A DNA stretch of 64,000 bases from the human T2T-CHM13v2.0 reference genome, Homo sapiens: assembly GCF_009914755.1 (NCBI RefSeq), contig NC_060940.1; one strand, written 5' to 3'. Within the stretch, counting starts at the first letter, position 1; every line of letters starts with the position of its first letter. Position numbers and translations under genes: made by a program. The notes below the pieces were generated by a model. It had not been told where the DNA came from and did no database searches. It saw nothing but the letters and a program-made list of their open reading frames with translations. Positions 27,931 to 40,732 of the stretch are shown here, piece after piece.

Positions 27931-28984
27931 TGGTAACTCATTGCAAGAGGGAAGGGAAAGACAGCCAAGGGGTTATTGTAGTCTTTAGAGGAAGAGCTTC
28001 TTTACAACTGAGGAGGAGAAAGATGTTTGATACGAGGCATGGTCAAGGCTCAGGGAGCAATGTGAGGTGCAGAGCCCTGGGTTTGCAGATTTGGCTGGGA
28101 GACCATGGCTAGCCCAGGGAGACAGAGGGTGGGAAGCGGAAGATGGGATTGGAAAGCTCTAGGGGTGCTGTCTTGCCCAAGACGATAGAGCCGGGTTAAA
28201 GCAACAACAGAGCCTGGAGAGTTGCTGGTGTGGCCTTCACCCCATCACGGAGCATTCCACCACTCCCGGTCCAAGGGAGTGCCCATCTCACTCAGTGTCT
28301 GTGACATGGACAGCAGAACTGTGGAATCAGACACACAAACTATCAAGGTGTGTTGAAACTATCACATTCTAGAATGTTCCATGGACTCTTTTGGCATCCA
28401 AGAGCAGGGACTTTACTATTCCAAACTCAGCCATAATTTTGTAGTAGTTGGTGAATCATTACTCACTGGCAAGAGTTCACTGTTGTTTGTCTTGTAATCA
28501 CAATCCTGTTTAAACCATGTCCTAGTGCTGGGATCGGCCCCTCCCCTGCCCTCAGCCCACTTTCCCAAATGCCACACCAAAGTCTTGGCAGGGGATGTGC
28601 CTGCCTGGGAGCGCCCAGCGGGTTGTCAAGGGATGATTACACAGAGTCCTAGCCCCAGCTTCCTTACTTCTTGGAATAACATAACACATAAACCTCCTAA
28701 TTTTCATCTTCATTCTACATAAGCCTGATTGAATAGTAGAAAAGTCATCTTTTTAAAAGGAATCTGCCCCTAGACACAATATTAGTAAACTCTATGTGGC
28801 AGTGTCTGAATAAAAGGGACATTTAGAGTCATGAAATGTTGGTTCTGCAAAGGAACATAACAAGCCATCACCAGATTAACCTCTAAATCCATTCAAAATG
28901 CCATGTGACCAAATTCACCTCTTCCTGATTTCAGTAAACTAGACATAAAAAGCAGCCTTCTTAACTTCATAAACTTGCATAGGA

Positions 28985-29125
28985 TATTATTCCTAATGGA
29001 AACACATTTAAAGCATTTCCACTAAAGTCAGTAGCAAAACAAGGGTGTTGGCCTTGCTGCTACTTTTCTATGTTGTATCTGAGGTCATCGCCAAAGGAAT
29101 AAGACAAGAAAAAGAAATAAGCAGC
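28985..29125 (+). mobile_element. L1 ORF2 fragment
   Basis: aagcatttccactaaagtcag...caaaacaaggg...aataagacaagaaaaagaaata. Confidence 0.65.
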
Positions 29126-29468
29126 GTAAGCACAGCTATTCGGCTATTCACCATTTGGCTGCCTGGAAAATGCTAGAGGGAGGCCTCTGGTGAAACGCTA
29201 GGCTGTGCTGACAGGGGGGACCCTGTCCCAATGTAAACACACAGACATTCTGGGTGAAATGTAACCTGCAACATTTTAAGTCCATAGACAAGCTTGAAAG
29301 AAAGACCGGGAAAGCTTTCAGGACTAGAAATGAAGAGTGAAATGAGAGGGTGTTTTGGAGATCCTGAGAATTGTGATGAGCGTCAGAGCAGAGACTGCTC
29401 TGCATCCCACAATGCTGGAAGCTGGGATGAGCCCAGCCAGGAGGCTCAGAGCCCCAAGGAACTGCGCA

Positions 29469-29970
29469 TGCTGTGAAAAGTGGATCTGAAACCTTTTTGC
29501 CCCCTGGCCTGGGGATGTGATGAGGAAAATTGCTGTGAAAAGTGGATCTGAAACCTTTTTGCCCCCTGGCCTGGGGATGTGACGAGGAAAATTGCTGTGA
29601 AAAGTGGATCCGAAACCTTTTTGCCCCTTGGCCTGGGGACGTGATGAGGAAAATTGCTGTGAAAAGTGGATCCAAAACCTTTTTGTCCCCTGGCCTGGGG
29701 ACGTGATGAAGAAAATTGCTGTGAAAAGTGGATCTGAAACCTTTTTGCCCCTTGGCCTGGGGACGTGATGAGGAAAATTGCTGTGAAAAGTGGATCCAAA
29801 ACCTTTTTGTCCCCTGGCCTGGGGACGTGATGAAGAAAATTGCTGTGAAAAGTGGATCTGAAACCTTTTTGTCCCCTGGCCTGGGGACGTGATGAAGAAA
29901 ATTGCTGGGAAAAGTGGATCTGAAACCTTTTTGTCCCCTGGCCTGGGGACATGATGAGGAAAATTGCTGT
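29469..29970. repeat. 62-bp minisatellite, 8 highly similar copies
   Basis: Unit tgctgtgaaaagtggatctgaaacctttttgccccctggcctggggacgtgatgaggaaaat, exact period 62. Confidence 0.97.
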
Positions 29971-30530
29971 CTGTCCAGGCTTTGAGTAGAGGAAAGAAGT
30001 TTCCCATAAGAAATAGAATCTCCAGACCTTCTCGACACCTGAGTCTGGTGACTGCATGGTTAGCACAGCACAGAATCCCTAAGACGGAAATTCACAGAAC
30101 CCCAGGCCAGAGGATCTGGTAAATGAGGACATTTCCTCAGCCCAGCATTCGTGAGACAGTCTCCAAACAACAGCATCAACAACAAAAGATACACAAAATA
30201 ACTCCTACCGAGTTTGAGCTCCAATAAACAGCCACAGGAAGAAACGAACTGTCAGGATCAAGTGCAGTGAACACAGAATCAGCACTGTGCAGACAGGGAA
30301 TAATTGAACAGCAGGAAATACATGTGTTTATCTAAAATTATTTAATACGAAAGAGGGAGTCATAATGAAAGTCCAGAGCAAGAGAAATGGATTTGGCATT
30401 GAAGTGGCAGAACCGATTTAAATGAAAAATATAGTCATAAAAAAAAACTTTGGCTATATTAAATGGAAGCTGTAAGAGAGCTGGTAAGAAAAGTGGCCGG
30501 GGAAATACAATACGGAGGAATAAATATTTG

Positions 30531-30706
30531 GAAAGGAAGACAGAGCCATTTAGAAATCGGAGGGTAGCACGGAGGAAAGGAGGACGGAGCCACGTAGAAA
30601 TCGGGGGGTAGCACGGAGGAAAGGAGGACGGAGCCGTGTAGAAATCGGGGGGTAGCACGGAGGAAAGGAGGACGGAGCCACGTAGAAATCGGGGGGTAGC
30701 ACGGAA
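30531..30706. repeat. 44-bp minisatellite, ~4 copies
   Basis: Unit tagaaatcggggggtagcacggaggaaaggaggacggagccacg. Confidence 0.92.
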
Positions 30707-30832
30707 AGTCAGTGACAACACTGATTTACAAATGAGCAGGCAGAACGTGAGAGACGCGATGTTCAAAGATCCTGTAGAAAAGCTGGGGGCCTTGCCCTTC
30801 TAGTTACCAAAATATACTCTAAAACTGTGTTA

Positions 30833-31445
<613 letters not shown>

Positions 31446-31576
31446 CTACCCCAAATTCTAATCCCAAAAAGGACAAGATGGACGTCTTCAGTTACATAAG
31501 AAGTTAAAGCAGTTGTGTAACAAAAGACACCAAAACCAGTGTTAGAAGACAAGAGTCGGACTAGGAAAGAAACATG

Positions 31577-31829
31577 CAGCCCGGGAAAGACGCCCTGGGA
31601 GGTACCCCCGTCCTGGTCCCCGGAGCCTGCTATGAAATGCTCAGCCTGGGAAAGAGGTCCTGGGAGGCACCCCCGTCCTGGTCCCCGGAGCCTGCTATGA
31701 AACGCTCAGCCTGGGAAAGAGGCCCTGGGAGGTACCCCCGTCCTGGTCCCCGGAGCCTGCTATGAAATGCTCAGCCTGGGAAAGAGGCCCTGGGAGGCAC
31801 CCCCGTCCTGGTCCCCGGAGCCTGCTATG
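31577..31829. repeat. 65-bp minisatellite, ~4 copies, at the 5' end of an MLT1
   Basis: Units at 31577, 31642, 31707 and 31772. Confidence 0.93.
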
Positions 31830-32235
31830 TGCCTCTCCCACGGCAGTAGGGCCTGTGCAGATGGGACTGAGCGAGAGGCCTCCAGGTGGGGACCATCCTG
31901 GTCATCTGGGTGGCCCAAGGTCATCACGGGCATCCTTGTAGGAGGGAGGCGGGAGGCCAGGGGCAGGAGGGTCAGCAGCAGGCAGTGGCAATGGCAGCAG
32001 AGGTCGTGGTGACGTCAGAGGCACCATGAGCCCAGGAACACAGAAGCCTCTGGAAGCCAGAAAAGGCAGGAAAGGGATTCTTCCCTGCACCTCCAGAAGG
32101 GACCAGCCCTGCCGACACCTTGATTTCAGCTCCGTGAGAGCCGGTTGGGCTTCTGACCGCCAGAGCTGTGGGAGAATGCATTCGTGTTGTTTCAGCCATA
32201 AGTCTGTGGGCCATTTGTGACTGCAGCCGCAGGAG
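31780..32235 (+). mobile_element. MLT1C/D-like solo LTR
   Basis: ggaagccagaaaaggcaggaaagggattcttccc...ccagccctgccgacaccttgatttcagc...tgttgtttcagcca. Confidence 0.85.
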
Positions 32236-32829
32236 GCTACGCAGACAGGCTCATGTGTGCAGATCTGAGCTGAGCTCGAGATGCCTGATGCAGATGATAG
32301 GAAATAGTCCACAGCGGCCAGGATCTCAACAGGCTTCCAGGGGAACAACACAGCGATGTCCAAGGGTGCGTCCAGGGTGAAACTGCAGGGCCACGTTCAG
32401 CACAGGGAAGCAGAGAAAGAAGGTGAGAATAAATCAGCTGTCCTTCCTGCAAGACCCGGCTGGGCGGGGGGTCTGGGAAAGGCTGCCCTGGGAGGGTGAG
32501 CAGGTTCCCTGGGCTCTCAGCCACAGCCCTGCCCTGCTTTGCTAGGTCAGGCGAAGGCACCTGACCTTCACCTCCTGGCCCTGGCCCTGCCATCCAGGCT
32601 GGGCAGATGATGTTGGCGGGCCAGAATCCTGCGAGGGTTATCCTGAGGCTCGAAAGTGGAAATAGATGGGAGGGACCTTGAAAAGCTCAGAGTGATGCCT
32701 AAGCGGGTCCTTATCAACAGCCCAGTGTGAGCCTCAAGCACTGAACTCCAGCCTCAGGACTGAGAAGGTCCTTATCAACAGCACAGACCTCAGCGTGAGC
32801 CTCAAGTCTCAGGAGCTTGAAGAATGGCT

Positions 32830-33560
32830 TCTGTTTACTGAGCACACGTGATGTGCCAGGTGTGGCCCTGGGGCTCGAACTCTATTGCCTGGTCTATAAA
32901 GCACATGTCACCACCCTGTTTTACAGAGGAGGAAACTGAGGCTTGGGGAGGCTCATCAGCTCACCCTGCGGGGAGTCGGCCGGCAGCAGCTGCGTCGCTG
33001 TGGATCCCACCCGAGGGTCCCTGATGTGGGTCACACCTGTGTGCTGGCTTTAATCCCCAGCCCCACCTGGATGTGCAGCCTGGGGCCAGCATGGCCCACA
33101 AGGGTGGGACGGATGGCATCGTCACCCTCCACGCACAGGGGCCTGAGAGCACAGGGCCCCTCAGGGAGAGCCCCTGCGGCAGAATCAGAGTCTCAGGAAT
33201 AAAGACAAGCAGAGGTCTCAGTTTCTCTGCCTGAAAACTGGGGGTGGCAATCCCCACCTCACCGGCCTGTGATTAGGATGGGAGGAGACAGGCTGAGATG
33301 GGGCCCCAGGCACTTCACCGACACCCGGTGAGCACTCACCGAATCCTCACCTGGAGAAGCCCTGGGGGGGTGGGGGGCTCAGCGGCCCTGCCCACGGAAT
33401 GCCCACCTGGAGCTTCTTCAGTCATGGCATCAGGGGCAAGTGCTTGATCGTTTTGTGCCTCAGTTTCCCCCTGTGTCAATGGAGATTTCAGCAGTTCCAA
33501 CCTGTTCAACACCATGAAGATGGAATAGGTTAGCGTGCTTAACGCACTCAGGGCCGTCTC
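32830..33560. mobile_element. MIR relics (several, both orientations)
   Basis: tgttttacagaggaggaaactgaggct, tctcagtttctctgcctgaaaactgggg and gcctcagtttccccctgtgtcaatggag. Confidence 0.6.
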
Positions 33561-34967
33561 CAGCCTTAAGGAGGCACCACTCAGAGCGGGGTGGAGCGCC
33601 TAGCGGGGTGGGGTGCAGAGCGGGCTGGGGCGCCGAGCAGGGTGGGGCACCGAGGCTGTGTTCCTTGTTGCTGGGGGGATACAGATGCCCCCCCACTCCT
33701 TCCCCCTAAGACGCAACCACCAGCCTGGAACTGGAAGTGGGGATCACCCCCACCTTCGGGCCTCTGCTCCCCCCATGCGTGGCCCATGGCCATGCGTCTC
33801 CCTGCAGCAGGAGAAGAAAGCCAGGAGGTGGCCCAGGCCCAGGGCTGACATGTGTCAGACACGGGTGAAAATGCTGCCTTTGTGTCTGACGTCTGTCTCT
33901 TGCTGTTAAACGATGACAGCTTGTCAGAAACATCACACACGTTTGCTCTAATTAAGGGAACGTTGTGAACAAGTCGCAGCCTTGCGGGGAGCGGTCCCGG
34001 CTGGATGTGTCCTCTGATCGGCCCCTGCCTGTGTCCTCCCAGGCCATGCACTGGCTCTGTGTCTCCTGCATCTTCACTTGTCTGCCTGGCTGGCGGCCAG
34101 CGGCACCAGACCAAGGACCCGCCGCTATTTCCCTGTGTTCGCTGCCTTCCTCTTTGCAAGGACACCGAGAGCCCCTGGCTCTGGGCCTCCCATCTGCCCT
34201 TCCTCCCGCCCATCGTCAGCGTTTACGAGGGTCTGCCACGTGCCAGGCGCAGGGGAAACGGCGCAGGGTCAGAGGCAGAACCCGCCTGCTGGGGAGACAG
34301 GAGTGGGGAGTGGCCTCACACCCCAGAGGAGGGGATGGAAGAGGTACGCCCGGGGCCGTCCCGGAGCAGGGCAGAGGCTTGGTCCAGCCTGTGGCAGTGA
34401 GCAGCCGGTGGGACAGAGGCCACAACAAGGCCAAAGGCGTGGTGGGGAGGGCGGGGGGCGTCTCTCTGGTCCCGGCAGAGCTGCCAGTCCCTACTACGTC
34501 TGTTTGTTGATTGGGTCACGTTTAACTTCGGGAACCATGCACAGTGTTGGCCAGGAGATGCCATAACCAGAATAAAACAGGACTCTGCCTGGCGTCAACG
34601 TAGCTGTCTCATGTCCTGTCAGGAGGTAGGGCAGAGATAAGGGGATGGTGTGATTAACGCCAGCTGCCTCTGCCCTGGTGGAGAGGATGGAGGACATCAC
34701 GTCCCTCCAGCCACCCCAGCCCATGACACGTGACATTTAAAGATTTTTCTTGCTCTTTGAGGCACATTTTTCTATTTTCAAGGACAGATGAGGTCACAGA
34801 CGCAGTGTGTGCTGCATTTGAAATGTTTTAGGCTAATTTTTGGCCTTTGATTCCAAAGCCTCTTTAAGACGTATGTTCTCTCTGTCATCACCCGTGTGGC
34901 CCAGCGAAATCCTGAACTCTAAGGAGAAGGCGAAGCTCTATCCTTGCTTTTCAGCCTCAGACAGTGA

Positions 34968-35369
<402 letters not shown>

Positions 35370-36447
35370 CATTGTTGCCTATTTAACGATTACAAAAAAA
35401 AAAATCTTTAAACTTAAGTGACCTTAAGTCCCAGGGAAGGGTGATGTGTCATGTTCAGGGAAACAGCTTTGCAGTCAACCGACTAGCATTTTAAAAGCAA
35501 TTATTTTGGAGCATTTCAAACACACACACATAATGAATGCATGCCACCTGGGGCTGGGCCACAACACCACGGCCCCTCGTGCTATCTCTGCTCCCCCCAC
35601 CTCCCCTCCCACTGGGCTATTGGTGGCAAATCCCAGATGCCTTTCTCAAACTCACGCATTGGAATCCCACAGCACTAGCTTTGCCATCCAGCCCCTGCGA
35701 GCCTCGTGCTTGGCCGCTGTTCACCGGGCCGAGCTGCCCTCTTGGGTTTGCCGCTGTTGGTGCAGAGGTGCCTGCGATGGGCCCAGGGTGGTGGTTCTGC
35801 TGCCAGGTCTGGTCTTCCAAATGGCTTCTAATTTCTTCTGGCAAGAATTCTCCTCTCTGGCTCCCCTAGGGGCCCAGTGAAGACCAGAGCTGGATGTTGT
35901 GTCCTGGCTGGGCTTTCACGTCCTCCTTATTCCCGATCCCAGGGGGCCTCTTGCCCCGTCGCTGCAGGCTTAGGGTGCTGCCCCAGCCCCCAGTGCCGGG
36001 CAACTGCTCTGCAGAAGGATGCTTGGGAGATGGACGGGCTCCCCCTGCCGCCGGAGCCTCCTGTGGCCCGAGGCCATGAGGGCAGTGGGTGGCAGATGTG
36101 GGGTGATGAGTGGTGAGTGTCCTGATGGGGCCTTCAGACCAGGGCCCAGCGGTCCGGCCTCTGGGAAGTGGCCGAGAAGCTGGAATTTTCCCAGCCGGCC
36201 TCGCAGTCCCGTGTTGGGAGACTGGGCCACTTTGTGTTTTCTGGGCTTGAGAACAGGAACAGCAGCTTCATCCAACACCGCCTCCCTCCACACGGTGCCC
36301 GGTGCAGGGCCTGCCTGCTCGCCCTGGCTGTGCACCCCTCCTTGCTGCCTGTAATGCTGGAACCACCAGCTCCTTGGGCACAGTCCAGGCTGCTCAGGCA
36401 TCCATGCACCAGCGGCACCACGACCCACGCGGGCCCAGGTGACTAGA

Positions 36448-36626
36448 CTCAGGACTCAGACAGTGCCTGGCACGTGGCAGGTGCTCTGGCCGTGGCGGGG
36501 GGGCAGGGACCCTCGCTGCGGGCCACCGTAGCACATCCTCAAGGGTGAGGTCAGGCCCTTCTGGCTGTCTTTGTGCCTGCTCCATTTATTAAATCAAAGC
36601 CACCTGTGTTCTCTGGGGTCAGGAGG
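36448..36626 (+). repeat. Dispersed duplication, copy 1 (179 bp)
   Basis: Matches 39133-39311 with about 8 substitutions by eye. Confidence 0.95.
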
Positions 36627-37214
36627 AGCCATGCCACCTGCAGTGGCAGCCGTGGCTGGAACCTTCTTCCCTGTGGACCCGGGTCTCACGCCCCCAGGTG
36701 CAGCACAGAGCTAAGGTGAGGCCCGGGGAGAGTGGCACCCTCCCCCCAGTCTCAGCCCCCGTGGGGTTTTCTGGGCTCCTGGGAAAGAATCTGGTGGCCA
36801 GGGCCCAAAGCAGAAGCCCCAGGGATGGGGACAGCTCTTCTCTCCCACCGTCTCCAGTCTCTGCCCTGGGGACGGCTGCTCCCGTGTGCTGTGCATTTGT
36901 GGGGGGGCATTCCTTACACCTCTCCCTGGCCCTCCACACAGCACAAGGGTGGTTTCCAGCCCATGAGATCCATTTGCACCTGAGAGAAGGGGCTGCTGTC
37001 TGAAGGGCCTGCGGGAGGGACTCCAGGGCACTCACGGGGCTTCCAGGATGGAAGGGACCCCTGGGGCTGAACGTGACCAACGGGTGGACTAAGGCTGAAG
37101 GGGCCGGAAGAGCACGCTGGAAGAGAGGGCAGTGGGGCTTCCAGCACGGTACAGCGTGGGTGGCCTCCTGGGGGTGTCTCAAGCTCAGAGAAACTGTCCC
37201 CACGTCAGGAGGGG

Positions 37215-37660
37215 TCTGCTGAATAACAGCCCCAGAGGCATCCATGTCCTGATCCCTGGATCCTGCAAACATGTGCCCTCACGTGGCAAAAGGGACTTTG
37301 CAGATGTGACTGAGGTTCCCTTTCCAGGGAGAGGACCCTGGATTCCCTGTCATCTCAAGTCCTTGGAAGAGGAAGGCAGAAGGACGAGGCCACGGAGAGA
37401 CTGGAGCTGCCACGCAGCTGGCTCTGATGGCAGAGGAGGGGCCACGAGCCAAGGGATGTAGGGGCCTGGGAAGCTGGAAAGGTGGGGAAGATTCTCCCCT
37501 GGAGCCTCCGGGAGCAGCCAGCCTGCCCGTGCCCTCACCGTAGCCCAGGGAGACTGGAGTCCCACGTCGACCTCTGACCTTCAGCGCCAAAGTCGGTCCA
37601 TGTTGTTTTAGCCACAGAGACTGTGGCCATCGTTCTGGCAGCAGTGGGAGACACAGGAAG
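37215..37660 (+). mobile_element. MLT1D-like solo LTR
   Basis: atccatgtcctgatccctgga...gtggcaaaagggactttgcagatgtgact...gaagctggaaagg...attctcccctggagcctcc. Confidence 0.85.
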
Positions 37661-38140
37661 CTCTCGGGTGGGGAGCACCGACTGGGGTCCAGGGCTGCGA
37701 ATTCAGGCCGATGGAATCCCAGCCCCCAGGGGTGTGGGTGGGAGCCAGGAGAGATTCTGGTCGGTGCTGGGAGGAGAGGCCAGGCTGCTTTCACTCTCAG
37801 GGAGGGGCCTGTGAGTTGGAGGAGGTGGGGACCTCCAGGCCAGTGAGCAGAGCACCTGCTGGGTGCAGTGTGCTCACGGGACGCTGTGCCCCCTGCCAGC
37901 TAGGGAGTCCCTGGGCAGCTGCTTGCTCAACCCTGGGCCATTCCAACATACCCCTTAGACTGTGAGCATGTTGGATGCAAACTGGCCTCCTGGTCATCAC
38001 AGGGGCTTCCTGCCCTCCACAGCCCACGTGCAGCTGACCAGGCAGCTGAGCTCAGAGAATATCCCATGTGGAGGCAATCTGAGTGTTGAAGAGAAACCAC
38101 AGCCTATGGAAGGGACCCCTGAGTGTTGAAGAGAAATCAC

Positions 38141-38392
38141 AGGCGGCAGTGATTGTGGCTTCCTTCGTCGTTGTGTGTACACCAGCGGTCACCTGTCTTT
38201 GCACCCCACTCTGAAGCCTGCAATGGGGCAGCGATTGCAGCTTCCTTCGTCGTTGTGTGTACGCTGGCGGTCACCTGTCTTTGCACCCCGCTCTGCAGCC
38301 TGCAGTGGGGCGGCGACTGCAGCTTCCTTCGTCGTTGTGTGTACGCCAGCGGTCACCTGTCTTTGCACCCTGCTCTGTAGCCTGCAATGGGG
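38141..38392. repeat. 82-bp tandem repeat, 3 copies
   Basis: cttccttcgtcgttgtgtgtac... at 38159, 38241 and 38323. Confidence 0.93.
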
Positions 38393-39132
38393 CTTTCCCC
38401 CAGTTCCTCCCACGCATCAATGTGTGTTCACTCACCAACTTGCCCCTCTGAGGGGCAGAGGCGTGTGGTGTTTTGCTCCTTCAGAGACTCCCTCGGGGCC
38501 TCGTTCCCAGCTCCACCACCCCCATGGGGCCTGCAGCATGTTCTGCACATGAATGCCCCAGCACAGGAGGTCCAGCCACACAAGAGGATGCCCTGCTCCA
38601 TGCCGGACACACACCAATGGCCCAAGGAGAGCGGAGTTGGCCCTGGCGCGGTGCCTCCCACCAGCGTCCCACTCTGTGAGGTCTTTCTTTAATCACGAAT
38701 CCTAAGGGAGGAGGTCTCCTGTGGGGCACAACTGGCCAGAGGGGCAATGTGGAAGCCTGGCTGCGGCACCAATGTCTCTGTGAATTGCAGCTCCTTTGAG
38801 CTCATGGGACCCTTTCTCCAGGGTCCTTGAGCTCCCAGGTCACTGGTGTCCTTGAGGCAAACCCCCTTCCAGAAGCTGTCAGTGGATCCGGGCCTTGGAT
38901 GGGCTCCTCCCTCTGGGCTTGGCAACCCTGTCTCAGGCGTCTGCCACCACCCTGCCTTGGTGGCGGTGAGGCTGTCATCATTCTGGGGCTGGGCTGTTGG
39001 GAGGCGTCGTGCTGGGGCCAACTCTGTTCTCACTGGGCCGTTGGCCTGAGTCCGGCATGGAGCTGAGCATCCCCTTGTGTGGCCATGACCTCTTGTGCCG
39101 GGGGGTTCATGTGTGGGACACGCTGCAGGGTC

Positions 39133-39311
39133 CTCAGGACTCAGACAGTGCCTGGCACGTGGCAAGTGCTCTGGCCGTGGCTGGGTGGCAGGGACCCTCA
39201 CTGCGGGCCACCATATCACGTCCTCAAGGGTGAGGTCAGGCCCTTCTGGCTGTCTTTGTGCCTGCTCCATTTATTAAATCAAAGCCACCTGTGTTCCCTG
39301 GGGTCAGGAGG
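39133..39311 (+). repeat. Dispersed duplication, copy 2 (179 bp)
   Basis: Matches 36448-36626. Confidence 0.95.
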
Positions 39312-40257
39312 GGCTGGGCCTGGTTCATTTGTCATTGTTCAGAGTCAGAAGCTGAGCTCACAGTCTTTCCTCCAAGGTCACACAAGGTCTCCTGGTACCA
39401 CATCAGCTGATATTGTGGAACTTCTCCTTGAAGGACAGCAGCCAGGCCCGCTTCTTTGTGCTCTTCCTGGAAAGAGATGTGCACAGGCCACATGGGAGAC
39501 CTCCGTGGGCTCTCCGGCCTTCACTCGGCCAGAGATAATTCCCCTGGTGAGTGCTGGGCGGGAGAGATTTCCATGGATTCATTTTCACAGAAAAGACCAA
39601 AGCCGTCCAGCCGCCCCTTATCTGTCAGGCCGGTGTCTGTGTCCTGACAGAGGCCATTTGTCGGCCCCCGCCTCTCCTGCCCTGTCTCTGTGCAACCGCA
39701 GCCTGAGTGCAGAGATGGGCGCATCCCTGAACAACCCTTTCTGCTTCTCCTGACACCCTTTGCAGCGCTGTGGCTTGGGGAGTGGAGTTTAGCAAGCAGT
39801 GGGCGAGTCTTGCACTCAGTCCAAAAGTAGCAAGGGGACTGATTTGTACCATGGTCTCACCACTGAAGAACCCCCCGCACCCCCAGCAGCTCCTGGAGAC
39901 ATGGATGATGCCAGGACAGCAGCTCCCGGAGACACGGATGATGCCAGGGCATTGGGCCTCAGCTCCTGGCTGCAGCTTTACCCCTGACACGTGCTGGGCA
40001 GGCTCTCTTTCCCTCTTTCAGTCTCAGGTTTCTCCTCAGAAAACAGGCTGAGGAACTGGTCTATAAACTCCTTTGCCCCCAGTGAACTCCTACTTATCCT
40101 TCAAAGCCCTGTTCACATGCCCCTCCTCTCCAGGTGGACAGGCATTGCCATCCTCCAGCTTTGCTGTGCTCCCCATAGAACTTTCCAGGTGTTGCCTACC
40201 TCTGTCAGGCAGGGGCACAGCCCCCCAGCACATCACTGGGTTCAAAAAACATTTGTT

Positions 40258-40732
<475 letters not shown>

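Noticed and set aside
29469-29970. CRISPR-like array or tandem C/D snoRNA array (GTGATGA and CTGA recur in units)
   Set aside because: No unique spacers and a eukaryotic context. CTGA is a CpG-decay variant absent from several units, and there is no convincing terminal stem.
29148-30066. Three overlapping 206-296 aa ORFs
   Set aside because: Produced by the stop-free 62-bp VNTR; same peptide in all frames and no domain.
36448-39311. Direct repeats as LTRs of a novel retroelement
   Set aside because: No TG...CA ends, TSD, PBS/PPT or coding interior; the interior contains an old MLT1 and a VNTR.
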